IMG/VR virus record: IMGVR_UViG_3300006854_000005
Length of the DNA: 60,130 bases
Origin: a virus
Reading direction: 5' to 3' (one strand)
Shown here: in pieces, positions 51,768 through 59,786 of the stretch
How positions within the stretch are numbered: the stretch's first letter is position 1
Layout: every line of letters begins with the position of its first letter
Notes under the pieces: model-generated
The model's input: the letters and a program-made list of their open reading frames with translations, nothing else
Database searches by the model: none
What the model was told of the DNA's origin: nothing
Made by a program: the position numbers and the translations under genes

Positions 51768-51958
51768 ACGTCAACCGACGTTGTGGAACGCTCGGAGCCG
51801 CGCTCCAGCATCGCCTCGAGGTGAACCAGTAGCTCGTCGAGCGCTGCAAAGTAGGCCTTGTGGTAGATGTCGCGCGGTTTTCGCTGCATCGCCTTGACGC
51901 GCGCGATGCTGGCCTCGATACCGGCGCGCCACCCAGGCGAGCCGTCGTGCTCGCTCAC
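51764..51958 (-). CDS. hypothetical protein, 64 aa
   Basis: Track ORF 51764..52096 trimmed to the GTG at 51958 (GTGA overlap). Confidence 0.45.
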   Translation of the reverse strand: MSEHDGSPGWRAGIEASIARVKAMQRKPRDIYHKAYFAALDELLVHLEAMLERGSERSTTSVDV

Positions 51959-53313
51959 CACGGATTCTCCTCGTTGTCCTGCAAGTCCACCACGACCCGG
52001 TTCCGCTCGGCCTGCTTCGATGCGGCGATCTTGGCGCGGAGCTGGGCGCTGTGGTGAGCCGAAATGGCGGCATGCTGAGCCGCGGTCCACGTCCACGGGT
52101 CAGTGTTGCGCCATGGGATGACGCCGATATCCTGCTCGCGTCGACGAGCCTCGTCGACTACCAGCAGGTCTCGAAGGGTCACGCCGTCGTACGGCACATC
52201 AAGCGGATCCGGCTGGCGATACACGTCCTCAAGCATGTCGCCGTGCGCGGTGCGGCGGATCTTGAAGGCCTCAGAGAACGTCGGGGCCGCGACGTCCGGC
52301 GGAACCTTCAGCCACGGCGTCACGATTCGGTGCTCGGCCGGCTTCCGCATACAGAACGAACACCACGCACCGGTGCCGACGAACGTGACGCACCCGTCGT
52401 GCTCTGGGCAACGCCAGGGCGCGGCGAACAGTCCCGCTGGCGTCGTCTCACGGCACTGCTTGCCGTAGATCATGCCAACGCAGTGGTGAGTCGCCTGGCG
52501 TGCTCCGTCGACCTTGGGCATCGGAGCTGCGAGATGATCGATGGCCCGCTTGTACATCGCGTCGCGCACGGCCAAGACTCCGGGCTGGACTGGCGGTGGT
52601 GCAGCGAAGTCCATCGTCTCCGCATTCAGCGAACTCCCCACGGTCAGCGTCGGCCGCGGATTCTCCGCCTCGAACTTCGCTTGGGCGGCGCGGACGGCGT
52701 CGCCCGCCATCCGATGCGAGTTCTCGTCGAGAGCCTTGACGCACGCCACACACCAGCCGACCGGCGATCCATCCATCGACGGCCTGACGTCGGCTATTGG
52801 GGCCCCGTCGAACATGACGTGATTGCAGCGCGCATCACGGGGCAACGTGTCAACCTTCTGCTCCGGGCGCGGGATGCGGCGGCAGTTGACCGCGACGGTT
52901 CCGCCAGTTCGTCCGACTGCCCAGCCGAGACGGTCGGCGCCGCCGTTCATTCGCTCCACGGTTAGACCGAGCGTGGATCCTTCGACCATCACTAGCGTGC
53001 CCTCTACCCACATGCCGCCTTTGTGCGGCTCCCACCTGACGCGATCGCCCACCCGGAAGCACCGCTCCTGGTGCGCGGCGAGCGCTGCGTCGAGTTCCGC
53101 GCGCTCGGCACCATTGGCAAGGAGCTGCACCTCCAGCACCATGTCGCACCGGGCGCACTTGTGCTGGACGGCCGTGGCGTCAGGCTCGGAGCCGTAGTCG
53201 ACGCCGATGACGAGCAGCGCCTCCGGGAACTCCTTGCGCATCGCCTCGCGGAACGCGCTGAAGTTGCGCATGTAGACTTCGGCCATCTCTGATGTCACTT
53301 CGTCGTCGTGCAT
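51955..53313 (-). CDS. hypothetical Cys-rich protein, 452 aa
   Basis: Track ORF 51955..53631 trimmed to MHDDEVT, with AGGAGA upstream. N-terminal LLVIGVDYGSEPD is an RNase-H/ASKHA-like first motif (only suggestive). Several CxxC clusters. Confidence 0.55.
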   Translation of the reverse strand: MHDDEVTSEMAEVYMRNFSAFREAMRKEFPEALLVIGVDYGSEPDATAVQHKCARCDMVLEVQLLANGAERAELDAALAAHQERCFRVGDRVRWEPHKGGMWVEGTLVMVEGSTLGLTVERMNGGADRLGWAVGRTGGTVAVNCRRIPRPEQKVDTLPRDARCNHVMFDGAPIADVRPSMDGSPVGWCVACVKALDENSHRMAGDAVRAAQAKFEAENPRPTLTVGSSLNAETMDFAAPPPVQPGVLAVRDAMYKRAIDHLAAPMPKVDGARQATHHCVGMIYGKQCRETTPAGLFAAPWRCPEHDGCVTFVGTGAWCSFCMRKPAEHRIVTPWLKVPPDVAAPTFSEAFKIRRTAHGDMLEDVYRQPDPLDVPYDGVTLRDLLVVDEARRREQDIGVIPWRNTDPWTWTAAQHAAISAHHSAQLRAKIAASKQAERNRVVVDLQDNEENPW

Positions 53314-53702
53314 GGTTCTCCTGTCGATGGTAGCAGTTTGCTCAGGCGTTCGCGCGTCGATGTCGTGGTGCCGTCGTCGCAGTAGGACGGATCGATGTAG
53401 CCGATGGACTCGCGCAGCCCGGCACGCATCCGCTCGAGATCCCGGTCCTGCTGCTCGATGACCAGCTTCGCCTCGCCGATCTCGGTGCGGAGCTTGGCGA
53501 TCTCCGCTGGGACGTCGTGCGTCTCGCAGCACTGGCGGACCGGGCACTCGCGCGGCAGGTTGATGCGATCGACCTTGTCCAGCGCACCCGCGAGACACGT
53601 CACGACCGTGCCGAGGTTCTTGCGGATCCACTTCTCGAGCGCGTCGCCGTACATCTTAGGGTCGTGGTACTCCGCGATGAGAGCGCGGGCGTCGGCGGTC
53701 AT
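53295..53702 (-). CDS. hypothetical coiled-coil protein, 135 aa
   Basis: Track ORF 53295..53807 trimmed to MTADARAL (ATGA overlap). Confidence 0.5.
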   Translation of the reverse strand: MTADARALIAEYHDPKMYGDALEKWIRKNLGTVVTCLAGALDKVDRINLPRECPVRQCCETHDVPAEIAKLRTEIGEAKLVIEQQDRDLERMRAGLRESIGYIDPSYCDDGTTTSTRERLSKLLPSTGEPCTTTK

Positions 53703-53983
53703 GGGGCGACCCCGAGCAGCCGCTCCAGGTCCTGTCTGCTCTCGTTGATGCAGGCATCTAGACGGCCGATTCCGACCAGCTTGGCGTCGTCTCTGGTGCG
53801 GCTCCACTCAGTGCGCAGCTTTGCGCAAGCGCGCGACGCCTCGCTCCACGCCAGCGCTGCCCGCGCGATCGCCACGAGCTGGAGCGTGACGTCGGGCGCG
53901 ACCGGTACGCAGCAACCATCTCCGGCCATCTCGCCGCGCGCGTTGCGCTCGATGACGTCGAGCTGAGAGGTGGTGATGGTCAT
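53699..53983 (-). CDS. hypothetical protein, 94 aa
   Basis: Track ORF 53699..54118 trimmed to MTITTSQ (ATGA overlap). Confidence 0.5.
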   Translation of the reverse strand: MTITTSQLDVIERNARGEMAGDGCCVPVAPDVTLQLVAIARAALAWSEASRACAKLRTEWSRTRDDAKLVGIGRLDACINESRQDLERLLGVAP

Positions 53984-54201
53984 GGCGTGACCACGATAGG
54001 CTGCAGCCCCCAGTGCACGCGCTCCTTGTTGTGCGCGTTCTCCCCTGCCTGCGCCGACAGCGCGAGCGCTATCGATCTGATGCGCTCGACTGTCGGAGCG
54101 CACAGTGAGCAATCGCAATGCTCGGCTGGATCGTAGTCCGGGCAGTGGCAGCCGTTCTCGCGTCTACATGCACATTTGCTCTCATCGCTCATCTCATCCA
54201 T
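53980..54201 (-). CDS. hypothetical Cys-rich protein, 73 aa
   Basis: Track ORF 53980..54258 trimmed to MDEMSDESKCAC. The start could instead be 54192. Confidence 0.45.
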   Translation of the reverse strand: MDEMSDESKCACRRENGCHCPDYDPAEHCDCSLCAPTVERIRSIALALSAQAGENAHNKERVHWGLQPIVVTP

Positions 54202-54475
54202 CCTTCTGCGTGGGGCTGGTGGTGGTGCGGCGCTTACGCTCGCGTTCCGCTCGGGCAATGCGCTGGTCCCAGTCGTCTACGTCGCGGCGCGCCATGGTGA
54301 CTTCGAGGTCAGCGATGTCGAGCCTTCGCTTCGCCCGATCGCGTGCAGCCTTCATATCTTCGAGGATGTCGCGTTTCTTGCTCATACAGGCGACAAGAGC
54401 CATAAGTGGATGAGGTGGCGCGAATGCCTCGTGCTGGCGCGCGATGTTGGCCTTGTGGAATTCGTTGAGCTTCAT
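54194..54475 (-). CDS. hypothetical protein, 93 aa
   Basis: Track ORF 54194..54574 trimmed to MKLNEFHK (ATGA overlap). Confidence 0.5.
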   Translation of the reverse strand: MKLNEFHKANIARQHEAFAPPHPLMALVACMSKKRDILEDMKAARDRAKRRLDIADLEVTMARRDVDDWDQRIARAERERKRRTTTSPTQKDG

Positions 54476-54684
54476 CTTCCTCGGTGTCCTTTCGAGTTCC
54501 TTCGCTGCTGGTTCGCCATGAGCTTGCTGTCGCGGAACTCCACGACGACGTTTCCGCTCGGAAGCAATTCCCACTTTTCAACATTCATTCCGCGAGACGT
54601 CAGAGCGCGTGACCAGATCCTCAGCAGATGCACCCGCTCCCATGCGTGTGCGATTGCGGTCAGCGGTTCCCGTCTGCGCTTCAT
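54472..54684 (-). CDS. hypothetical basic protein, 70 aa
   Basis: Track ORF with an ATGA-coupled start. Lower GC than the genome average. Confidence 0.5.
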   Translation of the reverse strand: MKRRREPLTAIAHAWERVHLLRIWSRALTSRGMNVEKWELLPSGNVVVEFRDSKLMANQQRRNSKGHRGR

Positions 54685-54866
54685 GGCTTCTTCGTCCCGG
54701 CGAACAGCCCTGGAACGACATCGCGCAGATCTGGTGCGTCTGGTCCGAACGACCGCAGCGCGATCGACCCGTCGCGGTTCGTCTTGATGGTTACGCCGGA
54801 CCGCAGCGGCTTGCGCTTGCTGCGCGGCTTCGGTTTTGTCTTCGTCGGTAGCATTTCGAGTTCCAT
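54681..54866 (-). CDS. hypothetical basic protein, 61 aa; first gene after the attP region
   Basis: Track ORF. Lower GC than the genome average. Confidence 0.45.
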   Translation of the reverse strand: MELEMLPTKTKPKPRSKRKPLRSGVTIKTNRDGSIALRSFGPDAPDLRDVVPGLFAGTKKP

Positions 54867-54918
54867 TTCTTTCGTGTTGGTGGCCGAACCTGAACGCTAT
54901 GTTCGTCGTCGATACCCA

Positions 54919-54973
54919 CTGGTTTCAGGTACCAGTGGGTAACACCGTGCCGGTTCGAGTCCGGCCATTCGCA
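54919..54973 (+). other. attP core candidate: 3' 55 nt of a tRNA-Leu(CAG)
   Basis: Anticodon arm CTGGT-TTCAGGT-ACCAG (anticodon CAG), long variable arm TGGGTAACACCGT, T-arm GCCGG-TTCGAGT-CCGGC, 3' acceptor CATTCGC plus A. No matching 5' acceptor or D-arm lies upstream. It sits in a 168-bp intergenic gap about 1.9 kb from the integrase gene. Confidence 0.6.
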
Positions 54974-55034
54974 CGCATAGTTACGAGATCGCAAAACGCC
55001 AGGTGAACCCCAACGAAACGAAAAGTTCCGCGGG

Positions 55035-55385
55035 TCACCGCGCCCCGACTTTCCTGAGCGCGACATCGACATCCTCAAGCGTGTGCTGCAGTTCGCCGAC
55101 TAGGCGGACGACTCGGCCCGATCCGCAGCACCACTCGCAGTGACCGTTGCGGTCGAGTCCGCTTGGTGGACACGCGCATGCGACCATGAAGGCAGCGCAC
55201 GGACCGGTTGTGTGCTCGCTGCCCTGATGGCCACCGGCCGCGGCACGTTCGCGCCACAGCTTCTCACAGAGCTGCATGACCCGGCCGAATCCGATCTGGT
55301 AGCCGATTGTCGCTACGGCGCGCTCCTCTGCTGATTCGATTGCGCGTAAGCGAGCCGAAACTTCTGGCGGTATCTCGTCCATCAT
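55035..55385 (-). CDS. hypothetical Cys-rich protein, 116 aa
   Basis: Track ORF with an ATGA-coupled start. Confidence 0.5.
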   Translation of the reverse strand: MMDEIPPEVSARLRAIESAEERAVATIGYQIGFGRVMQLCEKLWRERAAAGGHQGSEHTTGPCAAFMVACACPPSGLDRNGHCEWCCGSGRVVRLVGELQHTLEDVDVALRKVGAR

Positions 55386-55564
55386 CGCCTTCCTCCTTGC
55401 GGCACCTTCGCCGCGGTGGCATCGAGCGCATCGCTGGCACGTCGGTAGAGCGACGCTTCATGCGCGCGCCCGTCGGCCTCGAGCTGGTCGCGGATCAGAT
55501 CGCACGCGTTGCTTGCAGCCTGTGCCTGCGGCACGGTCAGGCGGACCGTCACGTAGCGGGTCAT
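55382..55564 (-). CDS. hypothetical protein, 60 aa
   Basis: Track ORF 55382..55690 trimmed to MTRYVTV (ATGA overlap). Confidence 0.45.
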   Translation of the reverse strand: MTRYVTVRLTVPQAQAASNACDLIRDQLEADGRAHEASLYRRASDALDATAAKVPQGGRR

Positions 55565-55833
55565 CGGTGACACCGGCATCCGCAGGGATCCTGCTTCGGC
55601 CTGTTCTTCACGACGTCGAAGCACAGCATGCAGTGCAATACCTTGAGGGCTTCGTGTGTCTTCTCTAGTCGGTCGCGGCAATGCCGGCACCTGCGCCGAT
55701 AGGCGTTGGTATGACCAAACGCATCCTGTTTGCGATGGATGACGTGACCACAGTCCAGGGTCTCTGTCTGAACCCCGTGCTCATTGACGCCTTCGGCAAC
55801 CACTCGCCGCAGCGGGCCAAGATCTCCCCTCAC
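55561..55833 (-). CDS. hypothetical zinc-finger protein, 90 aa
   Basis: Track ORF with a GTGA-coupled start. CGH...CRHC...C..C...CGCRC motifs. Confidence 0.5.
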   Translation of the reverse strand: MRGDLGPLRRVVAEGVNEHGVQTETLDCGHVIHRKQDAFGHTNAYRRRCRHCRDRLEKTHEALKVLHCMLCFDVVKNRPKQDPCGCRCHR

Positions 55834-56162
55834 AGCCCACCCCTCGCCCGCATCGTGCCAAGAATCTTCTGCGTCGCGCGGTCGATGATGCTGTCCAGCA
55901 CCTCGATCCGCACAGCGGTAACCGCGGTCCGTTCCACCGATAGGCAGGCGTACTTGACGGCAGCGCGAACCACGTCGGCATCAAACCTCGCCCGCATCAC
56001 CGCGGCCTCCACGATCCATGGCCCCACCGGCGCATCGTCCGGCACCGCAGCGTAGATCTCCGCACGCTCGGCCTCGGTGAGGCGCAGAGTCATACGCTCG
56101 GTCTGGGGCTGGCCGCGGGTGGGGGGCTGGCCGCGGGTGGGACGGTAGCCTCCGCGGGTCAT
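55830..56162 (-). CDS. ribbon-helix-helix-like protein, 110 aa, with PTRGQP tandem repeat
   Basis: Track ORF with an ATGA-coupled start. MTLRLTEAERAEIYAA is RHH-like. Contains an 18-bp exact tandem duplication. Confidence 0.45.
   Translation of the reverse strand: MTRGGYRPTRGQPPTRGQPQTERMTLRLTEAERAEIYAAVPDDAPVGPWIVEAAVMRARFDADVVRAAVKYACLSVERTAVTAVRIEVLDSIIDRATQKILGTMRARGGL
56105..56140. repeat. 2 x 18-bp exact in-frame tandem repeat
   Basis: GGGGCTGGCCGCGGGTGG occurs at 56105-56122 and 56123-56140. Confidence 0.85.
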
Positions 56163-56380
56163 GGCCGCCTCCGTTTGACTGGCGGGTAGTACGTTACATC
56201 GACCCCGGTGTCGCCGATCTCGGTCTCGGTTCCGGAGAATGCGACCGTCGCTCCGTTGTCGAGAGTGATGATCGGATCGTAGTGGACGCTTCGATGCGCG
56301 CGTCGGCCACCATTAAACGGCTTGGCGTCGTACGCGACGATCGTGCGTCCAACCAGAAGTCGAGCCGTCGCGCGAGTCAC
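56159..56380 (-). CDS. hypothetical protein, 73 aa
   Basis: Track ORF 56159..56422 trimmed to the GTG at 56380 (GTGA overlap). Confidence 0.45.
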   Translation of the reverse strand: MTRATARLLVGRTIVAYDAKPFNGGRRAHRSVHYDPIITLDNGATVAFSGTETEIGDTGVDVTYYPPVKRRRP

Positions 56381-56586
56381 GGGCCGCCTCCGAGCAGTTC
56401 GCGGATGCGCGCCTCCTGCCACCTGATCGCCTCGCCGGCGTTGACTGCGGTCAACGGCGCGAACTTCGCCATCATCTCGCGGTTTGCCTGTTCACCAGCC
56501 GCGCGTGCCCGCACGCGCCATTCTACCGCGCCCGGAGCGTCAGGCCGCATGGCATCGCGCACGGCGCGACCGACGTGGCGGTTCAC
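56377..56586 (-). CDS. hypothetical protein, 69 aa
   Basis: Track ORF 56377..56601 trimmed to the GTG at 56586 (GTGA overlap). Confidence 0.45.
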   Translation of the reverse strand: MNRHVGRAVRDAMRPDAPGAVEWRVRARAAGEQANREMMAKFAPLTAVNAGEAIRWQEARIRELLGGGP

Positions 56587-56855
56587 AGGCCACCTCGACA
56601 CGCCGGGCAGATGTCCGATGCCCAGTGGCCAATCTTGTCCGGGGCGACCGCCGCGCTCTTGATGAGGTGGGCGGCAGTGGCGCGATCATGGTCGTCCGGC
56701 GTGGGGTCGGCGCCGCAGATCGTGCCGTTGCGGTTGAACACGTTGCGGCTGTGCTCTCCGCGATCGCCGAACGCGAAGCGGAACCGCTTGTCCGACCTCA
56801 TGGCGCCCTTGGCTCGGATGTGCTTCATGCGATTACTGTACGTCATATATTCCAT
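56583..56855 (-). CDS. hypothetical protein, 90 aa
   Basis: Track ORF. The ATG lies 3 nt after the integrase stop, with a G-rich RBS. Confidence 0.5.
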   Translation of the reverse strand: MEYMTYSNRMKHIRAKGAMRSDKRFRFAFGDRGEHSRNVFNRNGTICGADPTPDDHDRATAAHLIKSAAVAPDKIGHWASDICPACRGGL

Positions 56856-56858
56856 CCG

Positions 56859-57917
56859 TCAACCCCCTTTCTTCGCCCCGCCTTCCAGCACCTTCCACGC
56901 TCGCCTCCTGGCCGCATCCTCCGCCTGCCGCCTGTCGATGTACGCGCCACCGTCCGTCATGCCTGTGCTGGCATGCCCGAGTGCCGCAGCAACCGTCTCG
57001 CTGTGGCTGCCCTGGACCTTGCCTATCGTGGCTGACGTCCCACGCAGACCGTGCGGTCCCACCTCGGGCACGCCGGCGAGTTTGCACAGGCGCCAGACCT
57101 GTTCCCTCGCCCAGTCCTGCGGGCGAGCTCGCGTGGCCGCGTGCGCGAACAGGGGCTCGTCCGCAGCGCGGTCAGCGGCCAGCCTGAGCAGCCCTGGACG
57201 CAGCACGGCCGGCACCTCCGCCTGGCGCCGCCCGGCCTCGGTCTTCGAGTCCGGGATCCAGAACATCCGCCCGTCGTCGTCCACGTCGCGCACACGAGCG
57301 AGTACAACCTCACCGTTGCGGCTGCCGAGCAGCAGGTAAGCAAGCGTGCAGACCGCGCCGTCATCGGTGGCGAGTCGCGCGGCGCAGACGTCGATCACCT
57401 TGCGACTCTCCTCGATCCGGAGCTGCGGCTTGCCCTTCTTACGCCGACCGCGACCCTTCACCTTGGCGAACGGGTTGACCGGCAGCCATCCGCGCTCGGT
57501 GCACCAGACGCCGAACGCCCTGCACGTCGACAGCGCGTTGCGGTGCGTGTCGACCGCGCCGGTGCGCGCGTCGTAGAGCTGCGCTGCTAGCTTCGGGGTG
57601 AGTCGCTTCAGGTCTAGCATCCCGTTCGTCTCGAGCGAGAGCAGCTGACGCAGGTGGTAGCGCTGCCGCTCCACTGTTGATGTGCGGAGCTCTCCCTCGC
57701 TCACCCGCCTCTCCTGGCTCGCGAGGAACGCGGCGACCGCGACGTCGATCGTTCGTGTCTCGGCGTTCTTGCGGAACGCGGCGATGAAGTCGTTCGCTTG
57801 GCGCTCGCTCTCAAAGTAGCGAGAGTCTCGAGAGCCATCCGCTCCGACGCAGATAACTCGCCAACTACCGGCCGAGACGTGGAATGGTCCGTGGCAGCGC
57901 TCGTGTCGTTGTCGCAT
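56859..57917 (-). CDS. int: tyrosine integrase (phage integrase family)
   Basis: 352 aa. Catalytic pattern: LLLGSRNGEV (Arg), HGLRGTSAT (H-x-x-R), LGHASTGMTDGGAYIDR (His...Tyr). Confidence 0.85.
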   Translation of the reverse strand: MRQRHERCHGPFHVSAGSWRVICVGADGSRDSRYFESERQANDFIAAFRKNAETRTIDVAVAAFLASQERRVSEGELRTSTVERQRYHLRQLLSLETNGMLDLKRLTPKLAAQLYDARTGAVDTHRNALSTCRAFGVWCTERGWLPVNPFAKVKGRGRRKKGKPQLRIEESRKVIDVCAARLATDDGAVCTLAYLLLGSRNGEVVLARVRDVDDDGRMFWIPDSKTEAGRRQAEVPAVLRPGLLRLAADRAADEPLFAHAATRARPQDWAREQVWRLCKLAGVPEVGPHGLRGTSATIGKVQGSHSETVAAALGHASTGMTDGGAYIDRRQAEDAARRRAWKVLEGGAKKGG

Positions 57918-57999
57918 TGGTCGTCCTGTAGTCCGGAGCGGAGCCGCTGCGCAATGGCATCCGCCAGTGCCGCAATATCATCGGGATGGAGACGTGTGG

Positions 58000-58296
58000 T
58001 CAGCGGGCACCCCCGTCATCTGACCATCGCGCCAGCGCTGACTCTAATTCTGAGTGGCGCGCTGCTCGATCGCGTTGCACTTGTTCGTAGGCGCCGATCG
58101 TATCGAGAATGCGTGCCACGAACCTGATGTCATCGGCCGACAGTTGCGCGATGTTCACGCGAGACAGCAAGGCAACCTCTCCACCGCTTGCGAGGCGAAC
58201 TCGCCTCCAACGATCTGGTGCACGCTTGGTCACGGACGTGGCTCCTCGCGCACAACAGCGCGGATTGCCTCGAGCAGCGCAGCGGTTGGGGGTCAC
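58000..58296 (-). CDS. hypothetical protein, 98 aa (upstream of int; excisionase role not demonstrable)
   Basis: Track ORF with a GTGA-coupled start. Confidence 0.4.
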   Translation of the reverse strand: MTPNRCAARGNPRCCARGATSVTKRAPDRWRRVRLASGGEVALLSRVNIAQLSADDIRFVARILDTIGAYEQVQRDRAARHSELESALARWSDDGGAR

Positions 58297-58478
58297 CTAC
58301 GGATCTCCTGGCACAGCCCGCACCGATGGATCACTCTGAACTGCTCGTCCCATCCGCTCCAGCAGTCCCACTCGACTTCACGCTCCCAGATGTGCGGACA
58401 CGTGTAGACCGGTCGGCGACGAGGTGGCCGTGCTCCGCCCAGATCACGGACGCCTTGCTTCGTCAGCTTCACACCCAT
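58293..58478 (-). CDS. hypothetical protein, 61 aa
   Basis: Track ORF. An alternative GTGA-coupled GTG start lies at 58472. Confidence 0.45.
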   Translation of the reverse strand: MGVKLTKQGVRDLGGARPPRRRPVYTCPHIWEREVEWDCWSGWDEQFRVIHRCGLCQEIRR

Positions 58479-58654
58479 GGCCCGCTCCTCTCCTCCAACC
58501 GTGCCACCTTGTACTCCGCGGCCCGCAGATCCCGCCCACGCCGGTCGAGGATCGGCACGAGGCGTCGGCGAGCTGCACGGTCGCCACGGCGCCAGCCCAC
58601 GCGGTACGACGCCAGGCAGGCGAGGAGCGATGCGGAGATATAGATGGCGATCAT
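58469..58654 (-). CDS. hypothetical membrane protein, 61 aa
   Basis: Track ORF 58469..58762 trimmed to MIAIYISASLLACLASY (ATGA overlap). Confidence 0.45.
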   Translation of the reverse strand: MIAIYISASLLACLASYRVGWRRGDRAARRRLVPILDRRGRDLRAAEYKVARLEERSGPWV

Positions 58655-59052
58655 GGGAGTTCCTTGGCGGCGCGACCGATTTCGTCCAGCGCAGCGTTCC
58701 ATCCGTCGACGTAATCGGAAGATTCGGTATCGCGCCCCTCGTTGGCAGCCATCATGTCCCATTCTTTGCGGTCTGGCAGCGACGCTGCGCTTATCGCATC
58801 CCGCTCGGCGGTCAGGCGAGCGACCTCGGCTCTTAGTCGATCACGGTCCCTGTGCCACTCGTTTCGCATCACCCTGAACGCTTCGTTGCCGCTCTCGATC
58901 GTGCGCTGGGATGCGGACTCGATCGCATCGCGTGCCTCGATGGCGAGCAGACAGTCCCGCAACGCCTGCGCGTACGGCCCCAGTTCGCCGTACTGCAGAC
59001 CGGACTCGACGGTGGCGATCAGGCGCTCGATGGCGGGGCGCGAAAAGGTCAT
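58651..59052 (-). CDS. hypothetical protein, 133 aa
   Basis: Track ORF 58651..59058 trimmed to MTFSRPA (ATGA overlap). Confidence 0.5.
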   Translation of the reverse strand: MTFSRPAIERLIATVESGLQYGELGPYAQALRDCLLAIEARDAIESASQRTIESGNEAFRVMRNEWHRDRDRLRAEVARLTAERDAISAASLPDRKEWDMMAANEGRDTESSDYVDGWNAALDEIGRAAKELP

Positions 59053-59264
59053 GGGCACCTCCGGGACGCGACCAGTTCGGCCAGCTGAATGACCAGATCT
59101 TGGACGATCGATTCGAGGCGCTCGACCCGCACGACGAGTTCGGCGCGCGACGAGCGGTTGTCGGTCACCACCTGCCTGAATGCAACCTTCTCGTCATGCT
59201 CGCGCAGTTCGCGAAGCTCGTCGATGGTCGACTGCCTGATGGGCGGGAATTCCTTCTCGCTCAT
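59049..59264 (-). CDS. hypothetical protein, 71 aa
   Basis: Track ORF 59049..59402 trimmed to MSEKEFPP (ATGA overlap). Confidence 0.5.
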   Translation of the reverse strand: MSEKEFPPIRQSTIDELRELREHDEKVAFRQVVTDNRSSRAELVVRVERLESIVQDLVIQLAELVASRRCP

Positions 59265-59425
59265 GCTGACCTCCGATGCGTCTCGTAGCAGGCCTGGCAC
59301 CGACAGCCGTGCGTCGCAGTCCCATGGCGAGGCGTTGTAATGCACAGGTTGTAGCCGCGTAGCCTCGCGCGCCACACGCGCTTGTCGCGGCGCACGTTCC
59401 ACGTCGTCTTGTAGCGGACCTTCAC
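59261..59425 (-). CDS. hypothetical zinc-binding protein, 54 aa
   Basis: GTGA-coupled start. HGTATHGCRCQAC motif. Confidence 0.4.
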   Translation of the reverse strand: MKVRYKTTWNVRRDKRVWRARLRGYNLCITTPRHGTATHGCRCQACYETHRRSA

Positions 59426-59577
59426 GCGCGCTCCTCCGGCCTGACGATCCCCAGCGCCGAGAGCAACTCGTCCACGTAGCACCTCGGGCTGAACCCCGCT
59501 GCCATGCTCAGCCCCGCCATGAACGACAGGACCAGGGTACGCGGCATCGGCATGCGGTTGGGCGGCTCGATGGTCAT
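59422..59577 (-). CDS. hypothetical protein, 51 aa
   Basis: ATGA-coupled start (MTIEPPN). Confidence 0.4.
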   Translation of the reverse strand: MTIEPPNRMPMPRTLVLSFMAGLSMAAGFSPRCYVDELLSALGIVRPEERA

Positions 59578-59786
59578 GGGCGCTCCGGTGTGACTCGCGC
59601 GCAGTGCCATTCCGCGCCGTCGGTTTCGAGGACGCGGCTACCTGCGCGGCGGCACTCGCGCTTGTCGGCCGACGTCTGCAGTGCCCCCGCGAGCGCAAGT
59701 GCTAATCTGGCCAGCACGATCGCGGCAAGGAGTGCCAGCCCGACGACTAGCAACCAGTTCATCGCATCTTCAGGATCTCTACTCAT
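59574..59786 (-). CDS. hypothetical membrane protein, 70 aa
   Basis: Track ORF 59574..59975 trimmed to MSRDPEDAMNWLLVVGLALLAAIVLARLALALAG (ATGA overlap). Confidence 0.5.
   Translation of the reverse strand: MSRDPEDAMNWLLVVGLALLAAIVLARLALALAGALQTSADKRECRRAGSRVLETDGAEWHCARVTPERP

Noticed and set aside
54867-54973. Possibility of a complete tRNA-Leu gene
   Set aside because: The sequence upstream of 54919 lacks the GCGAATG 5' acceptor strand and any D-arm. Only the 3' 55 nt are tRNA-like, so it is treated as an attP fragment rather than a tRNA gene.
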